Counted from the first letter of the stretch, positions 1 to 10,542 are shown. The stretch is 64,000 nucleotides of DNA from Candidatus Latescibacterota bacterium (GCA_965223905.1 CBDCXV010000001.1:480001-544000); one strand, 5' to 3'. Numbers and translations are program-made. The notes: generated by a model not told the origin, from the letters alone.

Positions 1-90
1 CATGCCGCAGCGCAGCTGGAAGACGGTGCGCGTGTAGACGAGCGGCAGCAGCCGCGGCCAGCCTCCGTCTTCGTAGAGGACGACGTTCAT
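1..90 (-). CDS. GlmU-like putative sugar nucleotidyltransferase (NTP_transf_4 type), 5' part only; runs off the window
   Basis: Manual translation MNVVLYEDGGWPRLLPLVYTRTVFQLRCGM resembles the 'LFED...LLPLTYTRPVFELRCG' N-terminus of this family; it lies directly downstream of glmS. Confidence 0.7.
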   Translation of the reverse strand, partial: MNVVLYEDGGWPRLLPLVYTRTVFQLRCGM

Positions 91-137
91 GGAAGGTGGC
101 GCTGACTCCGGGGAGGCCGCGTGCCGCGACGCCTCCC

Positions 138-1970
138 TCACTCCACGGTCACGCTCTTGGCGAGGTTTCTCGGCTTGTCGACGTCGTGGCCGCGGATGAG
201 AGCGGCGTGATAGGCCAGCAGCTGCAGCGGAACCGTGGTCAGGATGGGGGACAGCAGCGGCAGCGTCGGCGGCACGTAGAGGACTTCCTCGGCCAGCCTC
301 TCCAGCTGGCTGTCTCCCCGGTTGGCGACGGCGATGACGCGGCCCTGGCGGCTGCGCACCTCCTCGATGTTGGCCAGCACCTTGTTGTAGGTATGGTCGC
401 GCGGGGCGATCACCACCACCGGCATGCCGTCGTCGATCAGGGCGATGGGGCCGTGCTTCATCTCGGCGGCGGGCAGCCCTTCGGCGTGGATGTAGCTGAG
501 CTCCTTCAGCTTCAGGGCCCCCTCCAGCGCCACCGGATAGTTGACCCCGCGGCCGAGGTAGAGCCAGTTGTCCCACCCGGTGAGCCGGTCGGCCAGGGCC
601 GCCACCTGGCGGTCGAGCTCCAGGGTTTCAGTCACCTTGTCGGAGATCTTCTCGAGCTCCTTCAGGATGGCGACGGTGCGCTCCGCCGAAAGGTGGCGCC
701 GCCGCCCGAGGTCGAGGGCGATCATCGCCAGCACGGCGATCTGGGCGGTGAAGGCCTTGGTGCTGGCGACCCCGATTTCCGGCCCGACGTGCAGATAGAC
801 GCCGGCCGCGGTTTCCCGGGCCAGCGTCGACCCGACGGCGTTGACGACGCCGAACGCCGCGGCTCCCTTGGTGCGCATTTCGGACAGCGCGGCGAGGACG
901 TCGGCGGTTTCTCCCGACTGGCTGATGGTGACGCAGACGGTGCCGGTCTCGACGACGGGATTTCGGTAGCGCAGCTCGCTGGCGTACTCGACCTCGGTCG
1001 GGATGCGCGTCCACTCCTCGAGCAGGTACTCGCCGATCAGGCCGGCGTGCCAGGCCGTGCCGCAGCCGGTTAGAACCAGCCGGCCGCAATTGGCCAGCTC
1101 TTCTTCCAAGGCCTGCAGTCCGCCGAGGTGAACGCGGCCGGAGCGCAGATCGAGGCGCCCGCGCATGCAGTTGCGAAGCCCTTCCGGCTGCTCGTGGATC
1201 TCCTTGAGCATGAAGGACGGGTAGCCACCCAGCTCGATCTGCTCGAGGGTGGTCTCGAGGACGTCGGTTTCGCGATGCACCGGCTGCGCGTCCCCTGTCG
1301 ACACGTGCAGCCCGTCGGCGTCGATGCGGGCGATTTCGTGGTCTTCGAGGTAGAGGACCTGGCTGGTGTGCTCGACGATGGCGTTGCCGTCCGAGGCGAC
1401 CAGGTATTCCCCGTCTCCCACGCCGACGATCAGCGGGCTGCCGCGGCGTGCCGCGACGAGGGTGTCGGCGGCATCGGTGCAGACCAGGGCGATGCCGAAG
1501 GTGCCGTCGACTTCCTTCAGGGCGGTGCGCACGCTGTCCATCAGGTCGCCGGACCCGGCGTAGAGGAACCCGATCAACTGCACCAGGGACTCGGTGTCGG
1601 TTTCCGTCAGGAACTCGACCCCCTCTCTTTCGAGGTAGGCGCGCACCGCGGCGTGATTCTCGATGATGCCGTTGTGGACGAGGGCGATGCGGCCGGCCGC
1701 GTCGACGTGGGGGTGGGCGTTGCCGTCGGTGGGTGCGCCGTGGGTGGCCCAGCGGGTATGGGCGATTCCGACCGAACCGGCAACAGGTTCGCCGTCGAGG
1801 CGGGATTCCAGGTCGGCGATGCGGCCCGCGGTCTTCCAGAGGCGGAACGACCCGGAATCGAGGGAGCAGACCCCGGCCGAGTCGTAGCCGCGGTATTCGA
1901 GCCGGCGCAACCCGTTGAGGAGCACTTCGCGGAGGGATTTCCTGCCGGCGTATCCGATTATTCCACACAT
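138..1970 (-). CDS. glmS: Glutamine--fructose-6-phosphate transaminase (isomerizing)
   Basis: MCGIIGY N-terminal Cys, RGYDSAG, HTRWATHG, SQSGET, EMKHGP and C-terminal PRNLAKSVTVE. Confidence 0.98.
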   Translation of the reverse strand: MCGIIGYAGRKSLREVLLNGLRRLEYRGYDSAGVCSLDSGSFRLWKTAGRIADLESRLDGEPVAGSVGIAHTRWATHGAPTDGNAHPHVDAAGRIALVHNGIIENHAAVRAYLEREGVEFLTETDTESLVQLIGFLYAGSGDLMDSVRTALKEVDGTFGIALVCTDAADTLVAARRGSPLIVGVGDGEYLVASDGNAIVEHTSQVLYLEDHEIARIDADGLHVSTGDAQPVHRETDVLETTLEQIELGGYPSFMLKEIHEQPEGLRNCMRGRLDLRSGRVHLGGLQALEEELANCGRLVLTGCGTAWHAGLIGEYLLEEWTRIPTEVEYASELRYRNPVVETGTVCVTISQSGETADVLAALSEMRTKGAAAFGVVNAVGSTLARETAAGVYLHVGPEIGVASTKAFTAQIAVLAMIALDLGRRRHLSAERTVAILKELEKISDKVTETLELDRQVAALADRLTGWDNWLYLGRGVNYPVALEGALKLKELSYIHAEGLPAAEMKHGPIALIDDGMPVVVIAPRDHTYNKVLANIEEVRSRQGRVIAVANRGDSQLERLAEEVLYVPPTLPLLSPILTTVPLQLLAYHAALIRGHDVDKPRNLAKSVTVE

Positions 1971-2087
1971 ACTGGTATCAGCTGATCGATTCGAGAAAAC
2001 AGGGGACGGGAGGGCAGGCGGGCGGGAGGAACGCCGTCCGACAAAGATAGCGAAATGCCACTGGAGACGTGGCCGCGCCTGACCGCT

Positions 2088-3887
2088 TCAGCCGGCGAGG
2101 GCGGCAGCCTCGTCGACGCGCTGCCGGATGAGGTCGCACCCTCCCTGCCAGAAATCGCGCGAGGACACGTCGATTCCGAGGCCGGCGAGCAGTTCGGCCG
2201 GTGCCCGCGAACCCCCGGCAGCCAGCAGCTCGAAGTAGCGTTCGACGAACGCTTCCCCCTCGCTCCGGTAGCGGGCGTAGAGGGCGAGCACCAGCAGTTC
2301 CCCGAAGGCGTAGGCGTATACGTAGAACGGCACGTCGACGATGTGGGGGATGTAGAGCCACCAGCAGGCGTGGTCGTCGCCGAGGGTGAGGGCGTCGCCG
2401 AACATCGCCTGCATGTTGCGCTGCCAGAGCTCGTCGAACCGTTCGGAGGGCAGCTCTCCCTCCTCGCGGCGGGCGCGGTGGGCCTGCTGCTCGAAGCGGT
2501 ACATCGCTATCTGCCGGAAGACGGTGGCGAAGGTGTCTTCGATCTTTCCGCACAGGAGGGCCAGGCGCTCCCCGTCCGATTCGAGCTCCCCCCGCAGGCG
2601 GTCGAACACCAGCATCTCGGCGAAGGTGCTCGCCGCCTCCGCCATCGGCAGCACGGGGTGGTAGTCGAGAAGGTGGTTGCCGCTGGCGAGGACGTCGTGA
2701 ATCCCGTGGCCGAGCTCGTGCGCCAGAATCATGACGTCCCGTGGCGAGTCGGTGTAGTTCAGGAAGACGTAGGGATGCAGGTCGGGTGTGATGCCGGCAC
2801 AGTAGGCGCCCCCGCGCTTGCCGTCGGCCAGGGCGGCGTCGATCCAGCGCCTCTCGAAGAAGGGCTCGCAGATGTCGAGGAGGCGGGGCGAGAACTCGCC
2901 GAACGACCCGAGCACGATGTCGCGCGCCTGTCCGAAGGGGATTTTCGATTCCTCGCCGGATATCGGGGCGTAGCGGTCGTAGTGGGTGAGTTCGTCGAGG
3001 CCGAGGAGCTGCCGTTTGAGGTGGTAGTATGCTGCCACGGTGCCGTAGTTCGCGGCGCAGACCTCGCTGACCGTGTCGACGACGCCGCCGCTCAGCTCGT
3101 TGTTCAGGTGGCGGCTGTCCTCAGGCGTGCGGTAGGACCGCAGGCGGTCGAGCACCTCCTTTTCGTGCAGCAGGGTGTTGTAGATGAAGGTGCCGACGTG
3201 GGTGTTCCGCCGCAGTCCCCCGGTGATCGCCGCGGCCGCCCGCCTGCGGGTGTCGCGGTCGGGATCGTAGAGCAGCACGAGGATTTCACTCTGCGTTTTC
3301 TCGACCACCTCCCCCTCTTCCTCTATCCGGAACCGGGTCCGCGAGTTGACCTCGGTGGCGAGGCGGGCGAAAGCGCTCCCCCGCGAGTTGGCGGTCTCGA
3401 CGAGGATCTTTTCTTCCGGTTCGCTGAGATTGTGCGCCGCCATCCGGCGCTCATGGTCGAGGTAGTGCCGGTAGGGGGCCAGCTTCGGAGCGTCCTTGAT
3501 GCGATCGTACGTCTTCAGTGGAATGCGGCCGATCTCGAGGTCGAAGAAGACCAGGTGGGTGGCTGTGGAGCTGTCGAATTCCCGCGTCTTCTGCAACAGC
3601 GCCCCGCGCGCCGGATCGGTGGTGTCGGTCGAGTAGAGCAGACCGGCGTAAGCCCCCGGTTTGTACTGCAAGGTCAGCAGATCCTCGTAGTCGGCCAGGG
3701 CCTGGCGAAGATGCGCCGCGGAGAGGCCGGAAACGGCGATCGAGCCTTTGTACTTCCGCTCGAACTGCTGCGCCCGCCGGGCCGCTTCCCCCATGTCGCC
3801 GTCGAGACGCGGATCCTCGCCGCCGGCATAGAGGTCGGACAGGTCCCAGGTAGGAAGGGCTTCGGTTTCCCGAGGGGATCGGGTCAT
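2088..3887 (-). CDS. pepF: M3B family oligoendopeptidase F
   Basis: WDLSDLY N-terminus, GKRGGAYC, HELGH zinc motif, AEAAS, FYVYAY. Confidence 0.9.
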   Translation of the reverse strand: MTRSPRETEALPTWDLSDLYAGGEDPRLDGDMGEAARRAQQFERKYKGSIAVSGLSAAHLRQALADYEDLLTLQYKPGAYAGLLYSTDTTDPARGALLQKTREFDSSTATHLVFFDLEIGRIPLKTYDRIKDAPKLAPYRHYLDHERRMAAHNLSEPEEKILVETANSRGSAFARLATEVNSRTRFRIEEEGEVVEKTQSEILVLLYDPDRDTRRRAAAAITGGLRRNTHVGTFIYNTLLHEKEVLDRLRSYRTPEDSRHLNNELSGGVVDTVSEVCAANYGTVAAYYHLKRQLLGLDELTHYDRYAPISGEESKIPFGQARDIVLGSFGEFSPRLLDICEPFFERRWIDAALADGKRGGAYCAGITPDLHPYVFLNYTDSPRDVMILAHELGHGIHDVLASGNHLLDYHPVLPMAEAASTFAEMLVFDRLRGELESDGERLALLCGKIEDTFATVFRQIAMYRFEQQAHRARREEGELPSERFDELWQRNMQAMFGDALTLGDDHACWWLYIPHIVDVPFYVYAYAFGELLVLALYARYRSEGEAFVERYFELLAAGGSRAPAELLAGLGIDVSSRDFWQGGCDLIRQRVDEAAALAG

Positions 3888-3920
3888 GGGGTTTCCTGTT
3901 GAATAACGGAAACTCCGGAT

Positions 3921-5051
3921 TCAGTCTTTACGCACCAGCTGCCCCGCCCTCACCGTCGCCAGCGGCTCCCAGCAGCCCCCCGGCCGCTCGACGTCCAGGG
4001 TGTCGCGCAGCCGGCCCTCCTCGTTCCACTGCAGCAGCGCCAGGTCGGCGCAGGCCCCGGCCGCCAGGGTGCCGGCCTCCCCCTTCAGCCCGAGCAGCTC
4101 GGCAGGCCGCGCCGTTGCCCGCGCCAGGACCTCGGCTTCCGGCATGCCGGCGGCGATGAACTTCGACATCGTTCTCGGCAGGTCGTGCTGCGGGTCGCTG
4201 CCGACGTGGCGGCTGTACTGATCGGTGGAAACGGTGTCGGGGTAGAACCTCTCGGCGATGGCGGGCTCGACGTGGGCGAAGCTGAAGGACCTCATGCCGT
4301 GGCAGCCGTCGAACAGCACCCCCCGCTCCTTCGCCTCCCAGACCGCCGATCGAACCTTGCCGCCGGCGATGATGTTGTCCTCGAGGAAGCTGAAGGTGTA
4401 GGTGACGAGGTCGCCGGCCCGCAGGCAGGGCAGCTGCTCCTCGAGGGGGTAGTCGCTGTTGAACCGCGGTCCGTAGAGGACGGGGCGGCCGCTGCGCCCG
4501 GCCGCCTCGATTCCCCGGCGCATGATCTCTCGCGGGTCGTGGGAGACCGCGGGGTTGTACATGGTGTTGAAGGCGATGCCCCAGATCTCCTCCCCGGCCG
4601 CGGCGATGGTGCCGGCGCAGAGATCGACATCGGTGTTGTCGAGGTGCTCGAAACAGTGGGCTTCCTGCGACTCCCCGTGCTTCGACAGGTGCAGGGCCAG
4701 CCGCACCCGCGTGCGGCAGCCGCCGATCACCTCGTCCCGGTAGGCCGGCCAGTTCAGGGCCCCGGCGTCCCCCTGCGACATGCAGGTGGTGACCCCGCGC
4801 GGCAGGAAGTGCTCGTCCGGGTCGACGCCGTAGCGCGACCCGCCCAGGGCCGGGTGGGCGTGCATGTCGACGAGACCGGGCAGGAGCAGGGCGTCCGGGT
4901 AGTCGAGGGTTTGCGCGGCGGATCCCGAGATGTCGGGTCCGGCCGCGGCGATGCGGTCGCCGCGCACGGCGACGGCGCCCGGGCCGTCGAGGCCGGTGTC
5001 GGCGCAGAAGACGCGGCCGGCCGTAATCAGCAGATCGTAGTCGGTCGTCAT
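3921..5051 (-). CDS. Amidohydrolase/deacetylase family metallohydrolase (dihydroorotase-like)
   Basis: Likely start MTTDYDLLITAGRV at 5051 (ATGA overlap with the upstream gene); PGLVDMHAH, GVTT, STD, GTLAAGACADLA. Confidence 0.85.
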   Translation of the reverse strand: MTTDYDLLITAGRVFCADTGLDGPGAVAVRGDRIAAAGPDISGSAAQTLDYPDALLLPGLVDMHAHPALGGSRYGVDPDEHFLPRGVTTCMSQGDAGALNWPAYRDEVIGGCRTRVRLALHLSKHGESQEAHCFEHLDNTDVDLCAGTIAAAGEEIWGIAFNTMYNPAVSHDPREIMRRGIEAAGRSGRPVLYGPRFNSDYPLEEQLPCLRAGDLVTYTFSFLEDNIIAGGKVRSAVWEAKERGVLFDGCHGMRSFSFAHVEPAIAERFYPDTVSTDQYSRHVGSDPQHDLPRTMSKFIAAGMPEAEVLARATARPAELLGLKGEAGTLAAGACADLALLQWNEEGRLRDTLDVERPGGCWEPLATVRAGQLVRKD

Positions 5052-6115
5052 GGGGATCGCAGATCCTGCCCGGCGCTTTCGTTGTTGACTGCCTGCACGA
5101 GCGCCCGCATGTAGGCGATGGAATAGGCGGTGCCGGCACGGCTGCCGCCGATGATCTCGGGGATGTGGTCGGGGATCACCGCCCCGTCGTACTCCACCGC
5201 CCGCAACGCCTGCATCACCCGGTGCATGTCCTGGTAGCCGTCGTCCATCAGGGTCTCGACGCAGAGCTCCGGCATCGGGTTGGAGACGTTGCGGAAGTGG
5301 ACCTTGAACAGCTTTTTGCGGCTGCCGAAATAGTGGACCGCCTCTTCGACGCTGCCGCCCATCCCCTGCTTCCCCCCTTCGAGCCAGCAACCGACGCAGA
5401 GGCAGACGCCGATGTTGGGGCTGTCGGCCATGTCGATGGCCCGCTTGTACCCGGCGAAGTTGCCGAACAGGCAGCGGGGGACGCCGCCGAGAGCGTAGAC
5501 CGGCGGGTCGTCGGGGTGGATGCCGACGTAGACTCCGGCCTCCTCGGCGGCGGGGGCGAGCCGGCGAATCAGGTAGTCGTAGTTGTCCCACAGCTCTTCC
5601 TCGGTGTAGCGGCGGCCGTGGGTCAGCTCCCCCGAGAAGGTCCGGTCGTCCCAGCGGCCGACGGCGTTTCCGACGTCGATGGTGCGGGCGGTCATGCCGC
5701 CGCGGCGGGTGGCTTGGGCGGTGCTCCAGATGCCGTTGCCCATGTGGGCGTAGGTGTGATAGTGGATGCCGGCCTCGCCGAGGTTGCGGATGAAGCGGAT
5801 CAGCTCCTCGACCTTGGCGTCCCGCCCCGGCAGGTTCAGGGTGATTTCAGGGACGTTGTGCACCCCGTGGTGGGCGATGCGGTAGATCTGCAGGCCGAAC
5901 CCGGCGAAGCGGGCCTTGAGCCGCTTGTAGGTCTCGACCGTGTGCAGCGCCGGGTCGTCGATGCCGACCATAAGCCACTCGAGGCCGAGCTGCTGGAAAA
6001 ACCGCAGGTCTTCGTCGCTGGCGTCTTGGGAAGTCTGCCCGGCGACCTGGATTCCCGGTGTCGTCGAGAAGAAGCCGGGAACGGCGCGCAACGGGTAGGG
6101 TTTATCGGTGCTCAT
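5048..6115 (-). CDS. uxuA: Mannonate dehydratase (UxuA)-like protein
   Basis: EELWDNYDYLIRRLAPAAEEAGV, IHPDDPP, VHFRNV, IPDH. Confidence 0.8.
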   Translation of the reverse strand: MSTDKPYPLRAVPGFFSTTPGIQVAGQTSQDASDEDLRFFQQLGLEWLMVGIDDPALHTVETYKRLKARFAGFGLQIYRIAHHGVHNVPEITLNLPGRDAKVEELIRFIRNLGEAGIHYHTYAHMGNGIWSTAQATRRGGMTARTIDVGNAVGRWDDRTFSGELTHGRRYTEEELWDNYDYLIRRLAPAAEEAGVYVGIHPDDPPVYALGGVPRCLFGNFAGYKRAIDMADSPNIGVCLCVGCWLEGGKQGMGGSVEEAVHYFGSRKKLFKVHFRNVSNPMPELCVETLMDDGYQDMHRVMQALRAVEYDGAVIPDHIPEIIGGSRAGTAYSIAYMRALVQAVNNESAGQDLRSP

Positions 6116-6136
6116 GGGACTCTTTGGGGCCGCGGT

Positions 6137-6517
6137 CTAAACCTCGAGCGGCTCCGGGGTCTTCAGCACGAAGAACTTGCGGACCGCCTTCCTGACGTTC
6201 CAATGGGCTTTCAGCCCGATCGGAAAGTGGGCCATGTCGCCGGGGCCGACGTCGTAGCTCCTGCCCCCTTCTTCGGTGATCGTCACTTCTCCTTCGAACA
6301 GGTAGACGAACTCGTCCCAGGTGTAGGTCCAGTCGAACTCGCCCGGCTCGCAAGTCCACAGACCGCTGGACAGGGTCTTGTCCGCCGATTGGTTGAGCAC
6401 GGCGCCGCGTGCGACCGGATTGCCGGCGGTGATCGAATCCCCGTCGATGGGCATGTCGGGGAGGGAGCCCTCCGGCTCGCTGGCGGTGATCATGGCGATG
6501 GTGCTGAGGTCGGTCAT
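6137..6517 (-). CDS. Cupin domain protein (Cupin_3/DUF861)
   Basis: SGLWTCEPG..DEFVYLFEGEV..GPGDMAHFP..RKFF. Confidence 0.85.
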   Translation of the reverse strand: MTDLSTIAMITASEPEGSLPDMPIDGDSITAGNPVARGAVLNQSADKTLSSGLWTCEPGEFDWTYTWDEFVYLFEGEVTITEEGGRSYDVGPGDMAHFPIGLKAHWNVRKAVRKFFVLKTPEPLEV

Positions 6518-6620
6518 GGGATTGTCTCCGGTGGGAGGTGGGAGTGCGATTGCTGCCGGCTCATGCGATGAGAACCGGGGGCCGAACGGTCGAAACGAAG
6601 ATCGGCGTCACACACAGGGT

Positions 6621-7577
6621 TCAGGCAGCCGCGGCGCAGGAGACGGCGCGGATTTCGGAGGAGGCGCTCCAGACCGCCTGCCAGCGCCGGCCGCGGTCGC
6701 CGCTGCGGTACAGCGTCCCCTCGACCGCGGCCCAGGCGACGCCGGCGGCGTCGAAGGCGACCCGGAAGGTGTCGACGTTGTCGCGCGCAACCTCCGGGAA
6801 GCCGTCGCGGACGTGCGCCCAGGAGCGCCCGGCGTCGTCGCTGCGGAACAGCTTGCCCGTGCCCTCGGCGTGCGGCCCCCTGCTCACCGATGCGAGCAGG
6901 CAGTCCGGGTCGGCCGGATGCACGGCGACCGCCCTGCCGTAACGGGCGGGCAGTCCGCCGGAGCGGTGCTCCCAGGAGTCGCCGCGGTCGCCGCTGACGA
7001 ACACGGCCTGCGCGGTGTTGGCGTACACCCGCTCCGGGGCCGCGGGGCAGACGGCGACCTGGTGCACGTCCTGGTGCAGGCCGGGGGTCACCGGCTTCCA
7101 GGACTCGCCGCGGTCGGCGGAGCGCATGATGCTGCCGACGTGGATGTCGGCGTACACGTCGGCGCCGGAATGGGCGAGGCTGCGCACAGCCGGCGGGCCT
7201 CCCCAGGGGGTGTACCAGTCGTCGCGGACAGCGAGCCGGGCGAAGGATTCGATCCGCCGTGCCGGCGTTCCGCGTTCCATCCGGTAGACGTGGGGCGGCT
7301 CGGTCCCGATCAGCAGCACCAGCGGATCCTCGGCGAGAAGGTGCAGGCAGCAGATCTCGTCGTCGATGCCGCTCTCGCAGCGCTCGGCCCCGTCCGCGCC
7401 GATGCAGGCGACCTCGCCGTTGGGCAGGGCCACGACCCCACCCCCGTTGACGGCGGCCTCGCCGGCGATCGCGGCTTCGTCGAGCACCCGTACCGGTTCT
7501 GGTTCCGGGGCCGCTTCGTCCGCTACGTATACGGTCTCTTCCGTCAGTATCAGCAAAGGGTCGCTCGCGGCCGGCAA
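6621..7577 (-). CDS. BNR/Asp-box repeat beta-propeller protein
   Basis: Four Asp-boxes (SADRGESW, SGDRGDSW, SDDAGRSW, SGDRGRRW); start uncertain. Confidence 0.75.
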   Translation of the reverse strand: MPAASDPLLILTEETVYVADEAAPEPEPVRVLDEAAIAGEAAVNGGGVVALPNGEVACIGADGAERCESGIDDEICCLHLLAEDPLVLLIGTEPPHVYRMERGTPARRIESFARLAVRDDWYTPWGGPPAVRSLAHSGADVYADIHVGSIMRSADRGESWKPVTPGLHQDVHQVAVCPAAPERVYANTAQAVFVSGDRGDSWEHRSGGLPARYGRAVAVHPADPDCLLASVSRGPHAEGTGKLFRSDDAGRSWAHVRDGFPEVARDNVDTFRVAFDAAGVAWAAVEGTLYRSGDRGRRWQAVWSASSEIRAVSCAAAA

Positions 7578-7637
7578 GCCCGGCGGCGAACCCTCCTTTC
7601 CATTGGATGGCGATTGCGTGACATACGGCGCTCGCGG

Positions 7638-7666
7638 TTGTCAAGGCATATATACTGCGCTAAAAT
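7638..7666 (+). promoter_or_regulatory. Putative sigma-70 promoter upstream of phoX
   Basis: TTGTCA-N17-TAAAAT in an AT-rich intergenic patch. Confidence 0.5.
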
Positions 7667-7841
7667 GAGCGCGATCAAGCAGGCACGAAAACTCAGCAGC
7701 CCTTCCAAGGATAGTTGCCATGCCGGGGAGCGGGGGAACCGCGATGGGAGTCCGGATGTTGTTTCACCGAAGCCGGGATGGATCGGCGGAAGAGTTGCGA
7801 GGTGTTGACGAGACAGGACGCCAGGGAAAGGACCGGGAAAA

Positions 7842-9230
7842 ATGACCATCTCACGCAGGACGTTTCTCCGCAGGACCGCGGCCGTATCGGCCGGCTTCGC
7901 AGGTCTCCGCGAGCTTTCGATGGTGTACGGCGCCGAGGCCCCCGAACAGATTTTCGATTCTCTCGAGAAGGACCCGAACGGCCTGCTCGAGCTGCCGCGC
8001 GGCTTCGGCTACCGGGTGATCTCGCGGGTCGAGGAGCGCATGGCCGATGGTTTCCTGGTGCCGTGGGCTCCGGACGGCATGGCTGCTTTTCCCGCCTCCA
8101 ACGGCAGAACCTTGCTGCTGTGCAACTCCGAAGCGAGCCCCTCTGACGAGAAGGATGGGCCGATGGGGGAGCAGGCGAAGCTGCTGGCGCAGCTGCCGGA
8201 ACGGCTGGTCTACGACCCGCGCGAGGACGACGGCCAGTGTCTCGGCGGGGTGACGACCATCATCTACGACACCCGCACCGGGCTCGTGGAGAAGCAGTTC
8301 TTCAGTCTCGCCGGCACGGTGCGCAACTGCGCCGGGGGGCCGACGCCGTGGAACAGCTGGATCACCTGCGAGGAGACCACCGACAGGGCGGGGGACGGGT
8401 ACACAAAGGACCACGGCTACAACTTCGAGGTGGCCGCCTCGGAGAAGCAGGAGCTGCAGGAGCCGGTGCCGCTGCTGGACATGGGCCGCTTCGTTCACGA
8501 GGCGGTGGCCGTCGACCCTGCCTCGGGGATCGTCTACCAGACCGAGGACCGCGGCGACGGCCTCATCTACCGGTTCATTCCCGACAAGCCCGGCCGCCTG
8601 CAGGAGGGGGGGCGGCTGCAGGCGCTGGCTTCCTGGGACAAGTCCTCCCTCGACACCCGCAACTGGCGGGGCGAAGGGGCCTCCGCGGCGACGGAGATCC
8701 CGGTCGGGACCGAGTTCCCGGTGCGCTGGATCGACCTCGAAGACGTGCAGTCCCCCGACGGCGACCTGCATCTGCAGGGGTTCAACAAGGGGGCGGCGCG
8801 CTTCGCCCGCGGCGAGGGGATGTGGTACGGGAATGGAAGCGTCTTTTTCGTCTGCACCAGCGGCGGCCACGCCGGACAGGGGCAGGTCTGGCGCTACACC
8901 CCGAGCCCGCACGAGGGGACCGCCGGGGAGCTCGGGGCCGGGGCGGGAATGCTGATGCTCTACGCCGAGCCGAACGACAAGGGCCTGGTGGAGAACGCCG
9001 ACAACCTCACCGTCGCCCCGTGGGGGGACGTGATCCTCTGCGAGGACGGCGGCGGGCCCGACCGCCTGGTCGGCATCCGGCCGGAGGGGACGTTCTACGA
9101 GCTGGCGCGCACCGTTTCTTCGTCGGAGCTGGCCGGGGCGACCTTTTCTCCGGACGGCAGCACCCTGTTCGTCAACGCCCAGCAGGACGGGGTGACCCTG
9201 GCGATCACCGGCCCCTGGCCGGCCGCCTGA
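7842..9230 (+). CDS. phoX: PhoX-family (DUF839) alkaline phosphatase, Tat-exported
   Basis: SRRTFL twin-arginine signal; PDGM, NCAGGPTPW, TCEE, GRFVHEA, RGEG, ADNL, CEDG, SELAG, VNAQ. Confidence 0.88.
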   Translation: MTISRRTFLRRTAAVSAGFAGLRELSMVYGAEAPEQIFDSLEKDPNGLLELPRGFGYRVISRVEERMADGFLVPWAPDGMAAFPASNGRTLLLCNSEASPSDEKDGPMGEQAKLLAQLPERLVYDPREDDGQCLGGVTTIIYDTRTGLVEKQFFSLAGTVRNCAGGPTPWNSWITCEETTDRAGDGYTKDHGYNFEVAASEKQELQEPVPLLDMGRFVHEAVAVDPASGIVYQTEDRGDGLIYRFIPDKPGRLQEGGRLQALASWDKSSLDTRNWRGEGASAATEIPVGTEFPVRWIDLEDVQSPDGDLHLQGFNKGAARFARGEGMWYGNGSVFFVCTSGGHAGQGQVWRYTPSPHEGTAGELGAGAGMLMLYAEPNDKGLVENADNLTVAPWGDVILCEDGGGPDRLVGIRPEGTFYELARTVSSSELAGATFSPDGSTLFVNAQQDGVTLAITGPWPAA

Positions 9231-9239
9231 TCTTCCGCC

Positions 9240-10420
9240 TCAGCAGGCTCGCTCCTCGAGCCATTCCCTGCTGATCTCGAGCCCGAACCCCGGGGCGCCG
9301 CTGGGGACGACGAAGCCGTTCTCGACGACCGGGGTCCCCGGCAGTCTCACCATCTCCGCCAGCGGCACTCCCGGCGGGGAGACCCCCTCCGAGCGTTCGC
9401 CCCAGGCGACGGCAGGCATCGCGAAGGAGAGGTGCTGGCCGTACGGGTAGTTCATGCCGCCGTGGGCGAGCACGTGCTGGCCGTGGGCTTCGGCGAGGTG
9501 GCAGATGCGCAGGGGGCGGCGCTGATGCCGCCGACCCAGCGGACGTCGGGCTGGAAGATGTCGACGAGGCCGTTGGCGGCGGCGAAGGCGAACGGCGGGA
9601 TGGAGTACCAGTGCTCGCCGGTCGCCAGGATCTGGTGGGGAATGCGCTCCCGCAGCTTGACGTAGCTGCCGAGATCCTCCGGCCGCACGTAATCCTCGAA
9701 CCACTTGATGCGGTACGGTTTCAGGGCTTCGGACAGGCGCACGACGTACTCGACGTCGAACGACATCCAGGCGTCGACCATCAGCTCGCGCTCGTCGCCG
9801 ATCAGCTCGCGGGCGGTGGCGACCAGCTCCTCGTTGCGGCGCAGCCCCTCCATGTCGTCCTCCGGGCCGTGGCGGAAGAAGACCTTGACCGCATCGAAGC
9901 CGAGCTCGAGGAACCACTCGATGCTGTTCTCGATGCCGTAGTTGTGCCCGGTGGCGCTGGCGTAGCAGGGGATGGCGGTCTTCTGCGGCCCGCCCAGAAG
10001 CTCGTAGACCGGCCGCTGCAGCAGCTTGCCCTTGAGATCCCACAGGGCCATGTCGACGGCGCTGATCGCGTAGCTCGCCAGGCCGGAGGTGCCGTAGTGG
10101 GCGGTGGCGCGCTGCATCGCGTCGAACAGCTTCTCGGTGGCCATGCAGTTCTCGCCGGTGATCATCGGGCCGAGGTGGTCCTCGATGATCCCGGCTACGG
10201 GAGGTGAGAAACAGCCGAGGCCGAAACCCCAGGTGCCGTCCCGGGCGGTGACGACGCAGGCGACGTCCCGCCAGTCGCCCCGGGAGCGGGGGAGCAGGCC
10301 GGGGTAGCGGTGCATCGGGCTGACGATGGGAGGGGCGTCAGGTATCTCCGGAACGCGCGGCTTCGTCCTCTGGCGGGGTGCCGTCTCGATGGGGAAGGCG
10401 CGCACTTCGGCGATTTCCAT
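9240..10420 (-). pseudogene. Mandelate racemase/enolase-superfamily dehydratase (L-rhamnonate dehydratase-like), frameshifted near 9512-9516
   Basis: ISAVDMALWDLKGK, MVDAW, WFED, TGEH and QPD lie in one frame; the C-terminus LRICHLAEAHG...APGFGLEI lies in another; the break is in a G5 run, so the gene may be intact in vivo. Confidence 0.75.
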
Positions 10421-10542
10421 CTGTCGAATTCTCCGGTTTGTCTGGGTGCGGGGGAACCGCTATACTCGAAAAACCGTTCGCTCTCCCCCGCACCTCCGTT
10501 CGCAAGCTCCCCCCCATCTCCGGCTCTCCGCAAGGAAGGCAT

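Noticed and set aside
1971-2087. glmS ribozyme upstream of glmS
   Set aside because: The gap is only about 117 nt and lacks the conserved AGCGC...ACGAGG core
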